64,000 bases of DNA, taken from positions 1-64,000 of the forward strand of contig LSRY02000008.1 of the NCBI GenBank assembly GCA_001643675.2, given 5' to 3'. Source of the DNA: Monocercomonoides exilis PA203. Taxonomy: Eukaryota; Protista; Preaxostyla. The notes under the pieces were generated by a model that saw nothing but the letters and a program-made list of their open reading frames with translations, was not told the origin of the DNA and ran no database searches. The position numbers were made by a program, and so were the translations under genes. This document shows, piece after piece, positions 23,885 through 37,418 of this stretch (the stretch's first letter is position 1; each line of letters begins with the position of its first letter).

Positions 23885-26505
23885 ATGTCAGACGAACAGT
23901 TCTCGCAAGATGATAACGGGATATTATGTTTTATTGATAAAGAATTAGATGGATTTGATGGAACGTTAAAACTTCATGAAGAAGTGTGTTATAATTTTTC
24001 AATGATATATAACGGAAAGACAATTTATTTTTGATTTATAACTAAGGATTTTATTGTTCATGAAATTGATGAAGATGGCTGCATAGTGCGTCTAACAAAT
24101 TTTGAAATACCAAAAGCTATCAATTCATTGAAAAAGGAAGACAATTCTAAACTACAGCCTCAAAATTATAATCATGAGGAATCACTTATGGTATGTGAAG
24201 GAATATTACATTTTTATGTTATCTTAAAGATTATATGAGGCTTTTTTTACAGAAATTGATATTGATGAGAATTCAAAAAGTAGATTCACAAATTGGATAA
24301 AAAATCTATTTTCCATTGATGGAAACATAAACTGGGAAGAAAAGACAACGAATGCAGACATGGAATTTGAAGTTTCCACGATTTTTTATGTAGATTTTTC
24401 AGATTTTTTTATGATAGCCTTGTTCAGACAAGCAAAAGAGAACAAAAATTCATCAGAAGATAAGAGAATATTTTCCTTTTTTGAGTTCTGGTTTGTTGAT
24501 TGTGACTAAAATTTAATATTTACTTTTTATTTTGCATGCTTCAATAGATTCTCTTGGCCCAGGGGTAATTAGAGCATTTTTGAATGAAAAATCTCAGTCC
24601 TTTTTTAAGAAGTGGAAATTATGTATGATAAGAATTTCAACATTTGAAAGTTTTTCAATGAATCTTTTTAAAAAAATATGCTTTTCTACATTTTTGTTTG
24701 CAATTTTTATTTAATGCATAAAACAAAAAATTTTCAACTTTCAAACAGGTAAAAGCGAAGAAACCAAAAAAAGTGATAAAGAAAGCAATGAAGACAAAGA
24801 GCAGAAGAGTGAAGAGGCATCTGAAGAGAACAAACAAGAGAATTGCTTGAATGAGCAGGACATTTTGGAAGAAACTCATTCTTCGCTTTTAAGCTCATTT
24901 CAAATTCCCCAAAAAAGAACGAGTTTTTGTTTGGATTCAGAAAAACATTCAAATTTAACAGCAGATGAAATTGGAATTTCTTCATCATCATCATCACCTT
25001 CTTCTTCTTCTTCTTCTTCTTCTTCTTCAATTGAATGCACAACAACCCCATCAGACAATATCAGCCCATCCTCTTCGTCTGCCTCAGTCAACGCTCCTCG
25101 TTCTTCTTCCCGCCGTTCGCACAACCCAAAGCAAAGAAAGCTCCAAAAGGAAAGAGAAAGAGAGAAGGAGAAGGAGAACGTTAATTCAACTGGATTGCCG
25201 GCAAAAGGATATGACAGAAGAGGAGCGCCAAACGAGCAGGGAGACTTTTTGGTGGCTGTGCTGTACAAACAGAAGGCAGACACCATCAGCGCTGCTCAGA
25301 GCATCAGAAGAGCCATCGGGTGTGTGTGTGTGTGTGTATGAAGCTGAATGTGTATTTGAATGTGATTGAATGAAAAGATTTGATTTATGTTTATGTTGAA
25401 TGGTTGATATGAAAGAGCAGAGTGAGATGAGATTGTTCGTATTGTCTGTTGTTTAAAGTTCAAAGAGAATTATGTGAATGAGTTTTGATGATGTTAAAAT
25501 TAATAATCGTTTTTTTTCTTTTTAATTAAAACTTCATCATTTTATGAAATTTTATTATTATTATTATTATTCTCTTTCAATATTTTCCTTTTTTTTTTTT
25601 TGTTTTTTGTTTTTTGTGTTTCTATGTGATTTTAAAGATGCTGTGCAAAAGCAATCACTTTTGCAGGGACAAAAGATCGAGTTGCTTGCACATCACAAAA
25701 AGTGGCTCTGTCAAGAATTAACCCTCGTTTGTTGAGAAACCTCTTTCATTCAAATATTCCTAATTGATTTTAATTAAAATGAATAATAATGAAATTATAT
25801 TTTATTATTATTGTTGTTGTTGTTGTTGTTTTGTTTTGTTTTTTGTTTTTTTTTAAATTTCATTTTAGAAGCAGCGTTGAGTGTGAATAGAGCGTTTCCC
25901 AATATTTTTCTGGGGAACTTTTCTTATTCACATTCTGGAATGCGTCTTGGAGAACTCAGCGGAAATAGATTCTCAATTGTAATAAGGTTGGATTTATAGT
26001 CAAAATTTAATATTTTATTTATATTTATTTATATTTATTGATAAATATTATTTATTTGTTTAATTATTTTATTTTATTTTATTTTATTCTTTTTCACATT
26101 GATTTGCATTTTCAAACAGAAACATCAACAAAAATGAGGAAATTGTCAATGCCGCAATGAAAAGTGTAGCTGAACATGGGTTCATTAATTATTTTGGAGA
26201 ACAAGTTTTGTTTCAATCTTTTTAATAATTAAATATATTTTCATTTTATTCTTTTTCTATTTAAAATAAAAATTTATATCAACTTTATCTTTTTTGGTTT
26301 ATCTTTAAATTCATTCTTTCTTATTGTTCAAATGAATTTTTTATTTTTTTTTAGCGTTTTGGAACAGGCTCAATCAAAACACATGTCATTGGCAAAGTGA
26401 TGCTGCAGGGCGATTGGGAAGGAGCTGTCAGACTCATTTTGGCTCCTCATCCATCTGGTTTGTGGAGAGGGAGAGAGGGAGAGAGAGAGAGAGAGAGAAA
26501 GAGAA

Positions 26506-26544
<39 letters not shown>

Positions 26545-27153
26545 GAAATTAAAGAGAAATAAAATAATGAAGATTTTTATCGTTTTGATATTTGATTTTT
26601 TTATTAAATTGTTATTCTCTCAATATTTCTTTCTGTTTTTAGATACTCCGCGTATTGCTGAAGGGAAAAAGCTTCTTTTCGAAAAAGGAGTTATATCGAC
26701 ACTGCAAAGGTTTTTATTCGTTGCGTTTTAACTAATTTGAAATAACTATTATTTTTTGTATTTTTTAATTAAATTCCTTTTTTCTTTGTTTTCGTTTTTC
26801 TATCTGTCTATCTATCTTTCTATCTATCTATCAATTTTTTTGTATATGTATATCTTTCTTTCTAAATATTCTTTTCTTCTTTTCTTCTTCCTTTTTTCCT
26901 TTTTTCCTTTTTTTTTTTCTTTTCCTTTTTTCCTTTTTTCCTATTTGTTAATATCTTCATTGAATATCATCTTTCCCAATGAAATGAACATCCATCACAA
27001 AATGAGTGCTCTCCCTCGTTCGCATCAGATTGAACGGTCGCTTCTGTTTGGACTGGAAAAATACGGAGCAACAAACTATTGGAATGCTCTTAGCCAACTC
27101 CCACGGCATTTGAGACTGCTATATTTACACGGTTTGTTTTGGGGGAAGTGGAA

Positions 27154-27223
<70 letters not shown>

Positions 27224-29032
27224 AATTTTATTAATGAAATGTATTTGATGTATTGTAATCATCTGCAATTTTTCTATCTATTTTATATGAATGGAATATT
27301 CTTCCCAATCTGTCTAATTTTTTCTTCTTTTCTATTCTTTTCTATTTAATCTCTTATCATTTCAGCATATCAGAGCGTGATATTCAACAAAATGGCGTCT
27401 GTTCGGATTGAAACATACGGCGCATCTGAATGTGTTGAAGGGGATTTGGTGTTTGCTGATGAAGAAGAGGCAAAAGAAGAAGAAGAGCAAACATTGTCTC
27501 GAAGACAAAGAAGAAAAAGAGAAGGGAAAATGAAGAAATTCAATGAAAAAGCAGCAGAAACAGCAGGTGGCAGCGTTTTGAAAAAGATTTGGATGGAAAA
27601 CGGGAAAGAATACAATTCAGAGGGAGACGCCGAATGGGCACACGAATCAAAGAAGAAGAGAAAAGTGTGAATGAAAAGAGGAACTTGTGTTTGAGCAAAT
27701 AGAAGAAGAATTTCTTGTTTTTGATGATATTTCAATGAAATTTCAGCAAAATACAAACAAAATTATTATTCCTATTTTCTTTTTAATCCATTTTTTTATT
27801 ATTATTATGATTATTTGTATTTTCTGTTTATTTCATCCTTTCTCTAAACAATTAAGGTCAAAGTACTTTCCAAAGAAGAAGCCGAAAGTGGGAAATACAA
27901 AATCACCGACGTGATAATTCCGCTCCCCGGCGCTTCCACAATTCTGCCCCAAAATAAAGTTGGCGAAATTGCTTCTGCAATTTTGAAAGAAGATGGCACG
28001 TTTGATGCACTGATGACTAAAAGAGACGAAAAGTGTGTTTTGAGAGAAAAATGGGAGAATATTGCATTTGAAGAAAATTCTTTGAAATTTATTCAAATTG
28101 AATTTTAAAAAAATCTATATGTATTTAGTATTTTTTACATTTTATTGATAAGTTTTCACATAATGTCATTTTTTTGAATTCTTTTCTTTCCTTCTTTTTT
28201 TTTTAATCAGAGACACTTCATTCTTTCTCGAAGGAGATTACAGAAAGCTTATCGAAAAGCCATACAAAATGACTTGGTTTGCTTTTAGAAGAAATAATAT
28301 TGCTGTATAATTGTTTGAATGATTGAAACATTCAAATATACATTTGATTTTTTTGTTTTTCTTATTTATTTTCTTATTTATTTATTTATCATGTTTTTTA
28401 TTTCTTTTTCATGCAACCTTCTTCTTTAGGAAGTGTATTTCATACAAAAGTGACGATGAAATATTCACAAGACGTGACATCGATGATATTAATCTTCCTT
28501 CAAATACTCAAAAAGCAGACTTAACAGGAACCAAAGAGTCGATTCCTTCTCTTCCTCCTTCTGCTTCTTCCTCTTCTGCTTCTTCTTCTACTTCTTCTTC
28601 TACTTCTTCTTCTACTTCTTCTTCTTCTTCCTGTGATTCAACTTCAGAATCATCAGAATCACTCAAATTGGCATGTCTTGCCAGTTTTTCTCTTCGAACA
28701 AGCTGCTATGCAACTGTCATGCTTCGGTTTGTTTCTGAATCATTTTCCTTTCCTTTTCTTATTTATCATGTGTTCTTTTGAAATTTTTTATTCCTTTACT
28801 CTTTTTCTCTTTCAACCATTCATCCATTTTTTTCCCTGAACTCAACATTTATTTCCATTCTTCTTTTCCTCCAAAATCATTCGTTCAAACAAACATTTTA
28901 ATTTTCAGTGAAGTTATGAAGATTCAAAACACACAGGAACAAACAGCTGAAACGGCTCTGGAAAATACAGAAGAATTGGCAGTTGATGAAGATAACGACG
29001 AAAATGAAGGAAATGTGGAAGAAAATGCATGA
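23885..29032 (+). CDS. PUS7: Pseudouridine synthase 7 (TruD family), multi-exon
   Basis: Spliced motifs DFIVHEID, FAGTKDRVACTSQ (catalytic Asp), LGELSGNRFSIVIR, GFINYFGEQRFG, LYLHAYQSVIFN, DVIIPLPG, LEGDYRKLI, FSLRTSCYATVMLRE. Confidence 0.95.
27157..27222 (+). repeat. (TAAA)n microsatellite in a PUS7 intron
   Basis: Directly visible. Confidence 0.9.
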
Positions 29033-29157
29033 AGAGAAACAATAAAGTATCGATGAATATTTTTTTATGATAAATCACTTTTTCGTTGTTAAGTTAAAAT
29101 GAAAAAAAATGAAATGGATGCTTGAATTATTCTATTATGTTTTATTTTTCTTGGTTT

Positions 29158-29644
29158 TTAATTAATGATTCTATTCACAAGGTCAACGATAAACCTGATT
29201 TAAGCAAAAAAAAATGCGTTTTAAATTGATGAATTTAGCAAATGATGCATACGAGATTAGTGACCATATGAAGCAAACGACAAAAAATCCAAGTTTTAAA
29301 TAATGCATTTTCTTTTGCTGATTCAAGACATCATTCCTTCTTAATTCCATGCAATCAAAAAGATGTTTCTTTTTATAAAGTTGCCTGAAATTAAATGCAA
29401 CCAAGCAAATGTTAAACAAGGCAAATATCCATTTTCTGATAAAAAGAAGGAACAATGTAATGACTGCATGAATAACATATTCCGGTAGTAAAAAGGGATT
29501 TATCTGATCGCATAGATCTTTTGCAGAAATGGCATCTGCTTCCAAATCTCCGAGAGTTGTCGTTATGTATAATTCCCAAAAACAAAGCAAAAGAAATATA
29601 AAGAAAATAAAGCCACCAGCAACAACAACTCCTGTTGTAATCAT
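29158..29644 (-). CDS. Cornichon/Erv14 family ER cargo receptor
   Basis: LGDLEADAISAKDLCDQINPFLLPEYVIH...WIFALFN motif with three hydrophobic segments; ATG 29644, one intron 29252-29195, stop 29160-29158. Confidence 0.9.
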
Positions 29645-29860
29645 TGTACTACTAATAAAAATTGTTGAAATAAATCTTTCGATAAACATATTAGCAAAAG
29701 CAAACCGCAAAAAAACAAAAAAAGTTGATCTTAATTTAACCCTCTATAAGTATTTCAAAAAATATGAATAAAAATGCACTTCGCTTTATTGTTTATATAT
29801 CTATTTCATGAGTCCAATTAAAATCAGAAATAATGAAATTTGAATTAAAAATTGGTTGCA

Positions 29861-30473
29861 ATGGATCTTGTCGAAAAGTGTTCAGGTGTAATTTTGGAAG
29901 GAAAAAGGCCTTATTCCTTTGATGAACTTATAGAACAATTTTCAATTACAGAAGATCAAGAAAAAGTTTATGATTTGTTGAAACAAAGAGAAGATATTGC
30001 ACATCATGTTTATCAAATAGAACATGAATCAGTGACGTTATTTTGGAGAAATGATCTCCGAAAAGAACATGCTAAGCAACATCTGACATGCTGGATAAAA
30101 AAATCTAACTCTGTGTGATTGTTTTTTGTTGTTTTGTTTTTAAGAAATTTATTTTGATTTTTTTAAGATTTTGAGTAATCATTTGTCAAAGAAAAGTGCC
30201 ACTGATTCGAGGTATTTGCTTTTTTGACATATTATGTTACATATTCTTTTTAGCCTTCCAAAATCCCAAGAGGTTATTGATGCGCTTCACAGATACAACG
30301 ATCTCAAAGATGCCGCTCAACTTTTGCTTGGAAAATATGGTAATTAATTTGTATTTTTTCTTTTTATTGATGGAGTTTTTTTTTTGTCCTTTGACATTGT
30401 CTTTTTAGCGGAAGTTGAAGGAATGACAGTCAAGCAAATGTACGAGAAATTCGGTATTTCAATTGATGACTAG
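29861..30473 (+). CDS. SWI5: Swi5/Sae3 recombination accessory protein with N-terminal extension, 4 exons
   Basis: Splicing at three GT..AG introns keeps frame and yields IDALHRYNDLKDAAQLLLGKYAEVEGMTVKQMYEKFGISIDD*, the Swi5 signature. Confidence 0.88.
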
Positions 30474-30744
30474 TTAAAAATATATCTCGCAATCAAAGTG
30501 TTGAATTTTTTACAATTGGCTTTTATGTTTCTTTTTGTTGAATGCTTGAGCTTTTTTTCTTTTGATATTTTTGTGTTTATTTGTTGAAAATAATGAAATA
30601 TTTACATATATATTCGAAATAGTTGATAAGAAATAAAAAATTCAAATTTTTTCAAAACAATAAAACAAAAAAAGCAATGCTAATGAAGATAAGGCATAAA
30701 AAGAGAAGTAAGATGCGTTTGTAACAAATATTTCAGATGTTTGT

Positions 30745-32402
30745 TTATCCATTGGCTTCATCGCTTATTTCGTTATTTCTCTTAGAGTTATGAGTGTTGG
30801 CTTCAATATTATCGTTATGTTCAGCACTTTCTTCATTCTCTGTCTCGTCAAACAGCTCGTCCTCACTTTCCTCCTGAAGTGACTGCAAGTCTTCATCGAT
30901 CATCTCTTCATCTAATTCGTTGTCGTCAAGCAAACTGTGCTCCACACGCAGAAGAAAGGGCTTGATGATGCACAAATAGAGCATCAAAGAGACAGCCAGC
31001 GCTGAAAGAAACACAAAAATGATTATTCCTGGTGTTGTTGGAAGGAAGAAGAGATGTGGTTAATTTGATGGTTATAATTGGAGGAAGAAAGGAAGGAGGG
31101 AAGGAAGATGAATTGAATGAATGAAAAAGAACAAATGATTTAATTAATTCATTGGATATGATGCAAAAAGGATAATGATGGAGGTTTGGGGAGGGGGGAT
31201 CATATGCAAAAGAAAGATAAGTTTTCAATGAAATAATTAAATAAATGTTAAAATGATAGAAACATACCGAATCCTCCAACAAGCCCTAAAACAGACTTTG
31301 CGGCGACTGTAGCGAATTGTTGTCTGTCTTTGTATGAAAAAGAGGCAGCAATCGTGAAACGTGCCATGAATGCAGTCATCGCCTGAGAAGATGAATATGT
31401 TTGGTTTCATCAAATTTGAATATGACAAATAGAAAAAGAGAATCAAATGGGAAATAAAATAAATATCATTAAAAGAAAATAAAATGTGTGTCTCTTGATA
31501 AATCGCTCGTTCATTTCTATGACATTTCTTTCAATGACGAACAAAATCTCTTTCTCCTCCTCTTCTTCTTCTTCTTCTTCCCTTTCCTCTTTTCTCTTTT
31601 CCCCCTCTCATCCTCGTCCTCATTCTCATTCTCATACAAATCTATCCTGCATAATCGTGTCCACCATCTTCCCCGGGCTGGCAAAGCACACAATTGCACA
31701 CACAAGTGCAGCTGCATCTGTGGCAATCAGGCAGACAACAAATAGCCACTGCTCGCAGCTTTCTTTCTGTTCTGACTGGCGCATCCATTCTGTTTGCGCT
31801 GCCCTCCACTCAGCGGAGCTTGTGTGGGGATGGTATTTGGATGAGGACGAAGACGAGCACGAAGATGAAGATGATGAAGAGGAGGAGGAAGAAGAAGATG
31901 ATGACGACGATGACGATGTTGAAGGAAGAGCTAATTGAGATGAAGTGGATGAGGTGTCTGTTGGAAGTGTTTGTGAAGAAGTGGGATTTGCAACTGATTT
32001 ATCTTCATTGCTGCTTCTTTCTTCTTCTTCTTCCTCTTCTTCACTTTCTCCAACTTCTTCGTATTCTTCTTCGTATTCTTCTTCATCTCCTTCAAGTGCT
32101 CTGTTTTCTTCTTCATTCCCATTCATCCTCCTTCCTCTTCTTCGCTTTCTTTCTTCGTTTCTTTCTTCTTCTTTCTTTTTCGATCCAAAACGAAGCAAAT
32201 CACCTTCGATTTCTCCGCTTTTCAGGTTTGATGTGCGCCTTCTTTCTTTTCTGTAGTTCCGGCTGTATGTTGCCGATATGCAGGAGACGAGAGAGAGGAA
32301 TAGAAAGACCCCTCCCCCAGCAATAAGGATGATGAAGGGCTGAATAAAAAGAATGAATGAATAAATGGATTAATGAGGGTTTGTACAGTCATTCAAACAC
32401 GA

Positions 32403-32438
<36 letters not shown>

Positions 32439-33810
32439 TATAATGATGATGGTAAAATTATCAAATGAATTACAAAAAATGAAAGGAGGGGGAAAAAAAG
32501 AGAGAAATTCAACAAAAATTGTATTGTTTCACAGAAAGTCTTTATACTCTTCAAAAATCCAGAATTCATATTGTCATACCCATCGAAAGAAATAAAAGCC
32601 CTAAGAAAGTGGATATTATCGACAGCCCCGCATTTTCCGTTCATAAAAAGAATTTCGGTTTTTTTCAGAAAATCAGAAATTATAATAATAAAAATGTAAA
32701 ATAAAAAGAAAAAGTTGTTTTTCCAAAAATCAAAATGATAAAAAAATAAATTCGCATTAAAACAAACAACATAATTATACAGAAATGTTCCGACGCCAAT
32801 TATAACTAGGCCAACTATCAGAAGCATTGCAGAAGAAAATGCAAAACTGGCTGCAAGAAAATCAGAGGGAAGGAAAAACACTTCAGTTGACGAGTGTTGC
32901 AATCCATTTTGACAGAATTCAAATTTTTAGCGGGACGAAAGCAGTGATAATAAATATATGCAAATAAATAATAATTGTTTTATTTGAATTTTTTATTCTG
33001 AGGGATATTCTGAAAAATGCACACAATTTATTATTACTGAACCAAGAAGAGTTAATATGACAAATAATGCAACGACTGCAAATACAATAACATTCCCCTG
33101 GATTGATTTAATTGTCTAAATTTTGAAAAGCAAACACGATTTATAAAAAGCTTGTTCAAATGGCAATAAACAAAACAAACGTTTTGGATGCATAAGAACG
33201 TATTTGGCTCGCATCTCAGCGGAGATATTTCACTTATAACCTCGATTCCATCCTTTGTTCCCGCAGCTTAAAGGAATATAAATAAAATGAAATTTGTGGT
33301 TTTGAAAACCTTTTGCATACCAACAATTAATAGAGAATTTGTCAAAAGCAATGCAAAGAATGCTCCCACAGCGATAAGCAGCATTATTACTGCAAAAAAC
33401 TCGTAAACGTACAAAAACTTTATCCCCCAACGTTTCTTCCTGTATATTCCTATTTTTTTTTATTTTTTGTTTCACTTTTTAAATTTGATACAAATGAAGA
33501 TACCTGCAAAAAATCCAAACGTTGATAGTAAAATCAAAATGATTGAAGACTTGTTATATTAAGGAATTGAATTTATGAATAAATAAAGATGCAAACAATT
33601 GATAAATAAATCAGCAATGGAAGCAATTTTTGGTGTGAAAAGCTTAAATAGCATATAACAACTCCTAACAGGAACTGAACTGCATTTAAAACAAGGAAAG
33701 TTGTTTGTAAATTATTCAGTACGCTGTTCGAGATCATAAACTCGAAAATCTAAAATATCTTAGAAAAATCAAAAGAAACTCTTTCTATTTCTATTTTAAT
33801 ATTTTATGAT
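30745..33810 (-). CDS. Multi-exon multi-pass membrane protein, family unassigned (transporter-like)
   Basis: Several hydrophobic exons (FAFSSAMLLIVGLVIIGVG, WLFVVCLIATDAAALVCAIVCF, ALAVSLMLYLCIIKP) separated by AT-rich introns; acidic C-terminal tail; start uncertain. Confidence 0.55.
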
Positions 33811-34249
33811 GGTTCAAAAAAATTTTTGATTTTCACAGTGTTCGCAAATTGATAAAAAAATTTAAAAAAATTTATTGTAGTTCATGAATTTTATTAACCA
33901 TTAATACTGAAATTCATTTGAACACATATTTTTCAAATTTTTAAATGAGGTATAAATCTACAATTTTAGAAAAATATTTATATTTGTTTCTTGTATTTTC
34001 TGCAAATTTATCATTGAGAGTCTAACATCGTCATGTATAATAATACAGAAAATTTAAAAAAATTGAGAGAAAGATAAGAAAAAATAAATTGGAACAGGAT
34101 TCAGAACGCAAAAGAATTCATTCCAATTTTGCTCTTCGAAAATGTTAAAAAATTTTTTTCTGGATTTATTTTGTTAAAATTTGTATAATTCTTATAAGGG
34201 GAGATATGTAATCTCAAGCTTATTCATTGAAAATAATGAGTTGTGAATA

Positions 34250-34860
34250 AACTTTTTGATCAAAATATATGAAAAGAATAAGTTCATTTTTTGAAACTCG
34301 TGTGAAATGACAAAACATAATGTTATGATATCAACAATTCCTGTTTTAAGATATGAAGACCTTTTTTATTTTTTAATCTGAGAAAGTTTTTAACAAAGTT
34401 ATGAGAGAAACAATTTAATTGTGCTCTGTGCAAAAAAAGCTTGAAAGTTCATATTTTTCCACAAATGGGACAAAAATATTTGCTTTTTGAATTATGTTCA
34501 ACACATTGCATTCAAAGATGTGACTCAACTATTGAAATTTTTATTGTCTAATTTTGCACGAGAATGTCAGAATTGAAGTTACAAGATAGAAGAAATGTTC
34601 TGAACAAATCATTTATTTATTCATAAATGCAAGAATTTTGTCCCATATGGGAGAAAACATAGAATGAAAAGTTTTTTTAAAGAATAAAGTATCAGAACTT
34701 TCTCACATATATTATTTTAATAACACAATTTGCATTTTCTAAATAAATAAGATTCTCATATTAACGAACATGAATCATTGATATTAAAACATTATGTTTT
34801 TTGACCTCACAAGTTTTAAAAAAAATTAAAAACATTTTTTAAAATATTTGTTCACAAATA
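34250..34860. mobile_element. Degenerate ~600-bp foldback/MITE-like palindrome
   Basis: aaaacataatgttatgatatcaa (~34313) is the inverse of ttgatattaaaacattatgtttt (~34778); the ccacaaatgggacaaaa block is the inverse of ttttgtcccatatggg; related sequence at ~46245-46458. Confidence 0.6.
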
Positions 34861-35156
34861 GTTCATCAAAGATGCATGATTATTTAAGGAAAATGCCTGA
34901 AGTCCAATATTTCATCCCAAATAATAGATAATTAAACACAGGAGGATACGATTAAATTTGAGAACCAAAGAAATCCTATTTTTTTTCCTAAATACAGATA
35001 TCGCACAAAATACCTGACAAGATCGATTTCTCAATAACCGCAAGATGAATGATTCTGATAATTTTTTTAAAAAAATGCAACTCATCAATGCAAACTCAAT
35101 TGATTTACAAAACTTTTTGAGTAGCCTCATTTGTGCTCAGAAAAAAAATAATAATT

Positions 35157-35198
35157 GAAATCTCGGAGAAATAGAATTTTGAGTTTCTCCGAGATTTC
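35157..35198. other. Perfect 15-bp inverted repeat with 12-nt spacer
   Basis: GAAATCTCGGAGAAA-tagaattttgag-TTTCTCCGAGATTTC. Confidence 0.85.
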
Positions 35199-36009
35199 GA
35201 AAATTATTTATTTAAAAATTTAGTCTACACGAAAATGTAATTCTTGTATATAAAATGAGTTTGTATTTATGAGATATATATTGAGGAAAATTATCAGAAT
35301 CATTCCTCTTGCGGTTATTGAGAAATCGATCTTGTCCGGAATTTTGTGCGATGTCCTGTATTTAATGCGATATCTGTTTATTGATCATTGGACCATCAGT
35401 GAAGTCAGTGACTGTCAATGGAGTCAGTTTCCTGCAGGGAAAGAATTTTCAATTAATTTATGAAACAAAGAAAAGTTCGAAAAATAAAAGAAAATGGATT
35501 AATTATTATTATTGAAATATTCAACGAAAATTCCAAAAATCTGAAAAAATATTTTTTTTTTTTCAAATACCAATACTGATACGGATTTTTAATCACTGAC
35601 GGACGTGGGAAAAATGTTTCAATCTGTAACACATGTTTACTTACAATATATTTTTTGAACATTTCTGATGGTTGTTCATATGATATCATAAATATCTTCA
35701 TCTTTATAAGCTTTTAATCCGATTTAACAGTGAACTGAGAAATAATAAAAAGTTGTCAACATATTCATTAAATCTCAAATATTTTGCACAATACCAAAAA
35801 GTTCTCCCTTTTTGATCAAAAAGTTATAAAAAAAGATAAAAATTTACTAATTATTTTATTTCTATTTGCGACAAATAAATAAGTTTGAATGACAAATGCA
35901 CAGTTTAAAGTTAAACTTTTAAAGTTATTTTTAAAACTTTGAAGATAATTTGTTTTTGTTATTTGACTTATGAAAACAAACATAAATTCTCTTTTTTATC
36001 ATCACGTTT

Positions 36010-37418
36010 AATGAAATTCAGGAGCCTTTGATATCAGAAAAGTTTACAAGTGTGCCGTTGTGCTTTTGTGTTGCAAGATTATTATTTTTCGTATTTCCGC
36101 CGAAGAATTGTTGCATGAGCTCAACAATTCCACATCAGCTGAACAAAGTCAGAAGGTAATTGAAATGAAGAATTTAGTTGATAAGATGAACTCATTTGAA
36201 TTAGGATGTATTTGCTTCCCAGGGAATTTCAATAAAATTGGTCAAATGATTAAAGAACAAAAAATGTCACTGGAAAATGCGATTATATTGTTGAAGGCCG
36301 TTGGTTTTCGCAAATACTTAAAATTTTCCTATTTTCCTGCTTTTAAATATTCTGTGCTGAAAGAAATGTTCGAGAAAATGATTATTGAAGAAGAAACGAT
36401 TGAAACAAATTTGGTTGATTTATGCGAATGCTATTCCATGAACATTGATATTGAAATACCAGAAACACTGACTCCAGTAATTATGTCCTGTCTTCTAAGA
36501 GTTGCTTTAAGGAAGGATGAAAGCAAAGAAACACGAAATGAAGTGGAAATGGCGTTGGTTTCCTTGGGAAACATTGGATATAAAACGGTGTGAACCTTTT
36601 TTTATTCATTTCTGGATTAATTTGCATAATTAATGGGAAATTGAACGAACATTCAATAGAGGATAGAACAAGAAGTGTACTTGAATGAAATCATGAAAAT
36701 CATATTGAATCATCAAGAACATAACAATCTAACGCGACTTGCATATCAGTCAGCTTGGCAGTTTTTGACACAAAGATTAAGTGTTTGCGGAAGATTAGAA
36801 GAAGTGATTGTGAAAGAGCTACATTTTGCGAGAGAGGCAGCAAATGAAATGGAACATCTGATAAAATACGTGGATTGGACGCCAAATGAAGATAAAGTGA
36901 AAAAAGAAATGGTGGTTGGCTTCGTCAAAAGATGGATTGCGATAACAGAAAAATGCATTTCTCGATGCTACTCGCTGCGGTTTGAAAGCGATGAGATATT
37001 AGAATGCTTGGTGAGGCTGCACGGAGCATCGAAAGAAAACCACAAAAGCGTCTCAAAGGAATGCATCAGAGTCCTCGGCAATATGATCTTTAAGAAATCG
37101 GTTCGCGTGAAAGCCTTGCTGAAAAGCGGGGCGGTCGAAGTTATTTTGGAGGAAATGAGGCAATCAGCTTTTGAAAACGATGAAATAGAGTTTTGCAAAT
37201 CATTCATTTTTCAGCTTTATGAGGCACTGTCAATCACACCTGGGATTGTTTGTGAAGAAGAAGATCTAAAAACTATAAGAGAGGAGTTATACGAAAGACT
37301 TGAGGAAGAAGGGTTTGAAGACATTATTGTGAGTTTTCAAGAGCATTTCGCTTTTATTAAGTTGAGCCCAACTTGCTTGTTTGTGAGGACAAAAGCGAAA
37401 CAAAATATTTTGATTTGA
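36010..37418 (+). CDS. Member of a lineage-specific helical-repeat gene family (unknown function), multi-exon
   Basis: ORFs 36060..36593 and 36675..37418 joined by an intron at ~36589-36660; motifs KMSLENAIILLK, LVDLCECY, EVEMALVSL, LTRLAYQSAWQFL, EEEGFEDII recur in the decayed copy at 49800-51260; start codon not resolved. Confidence 0.7.
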
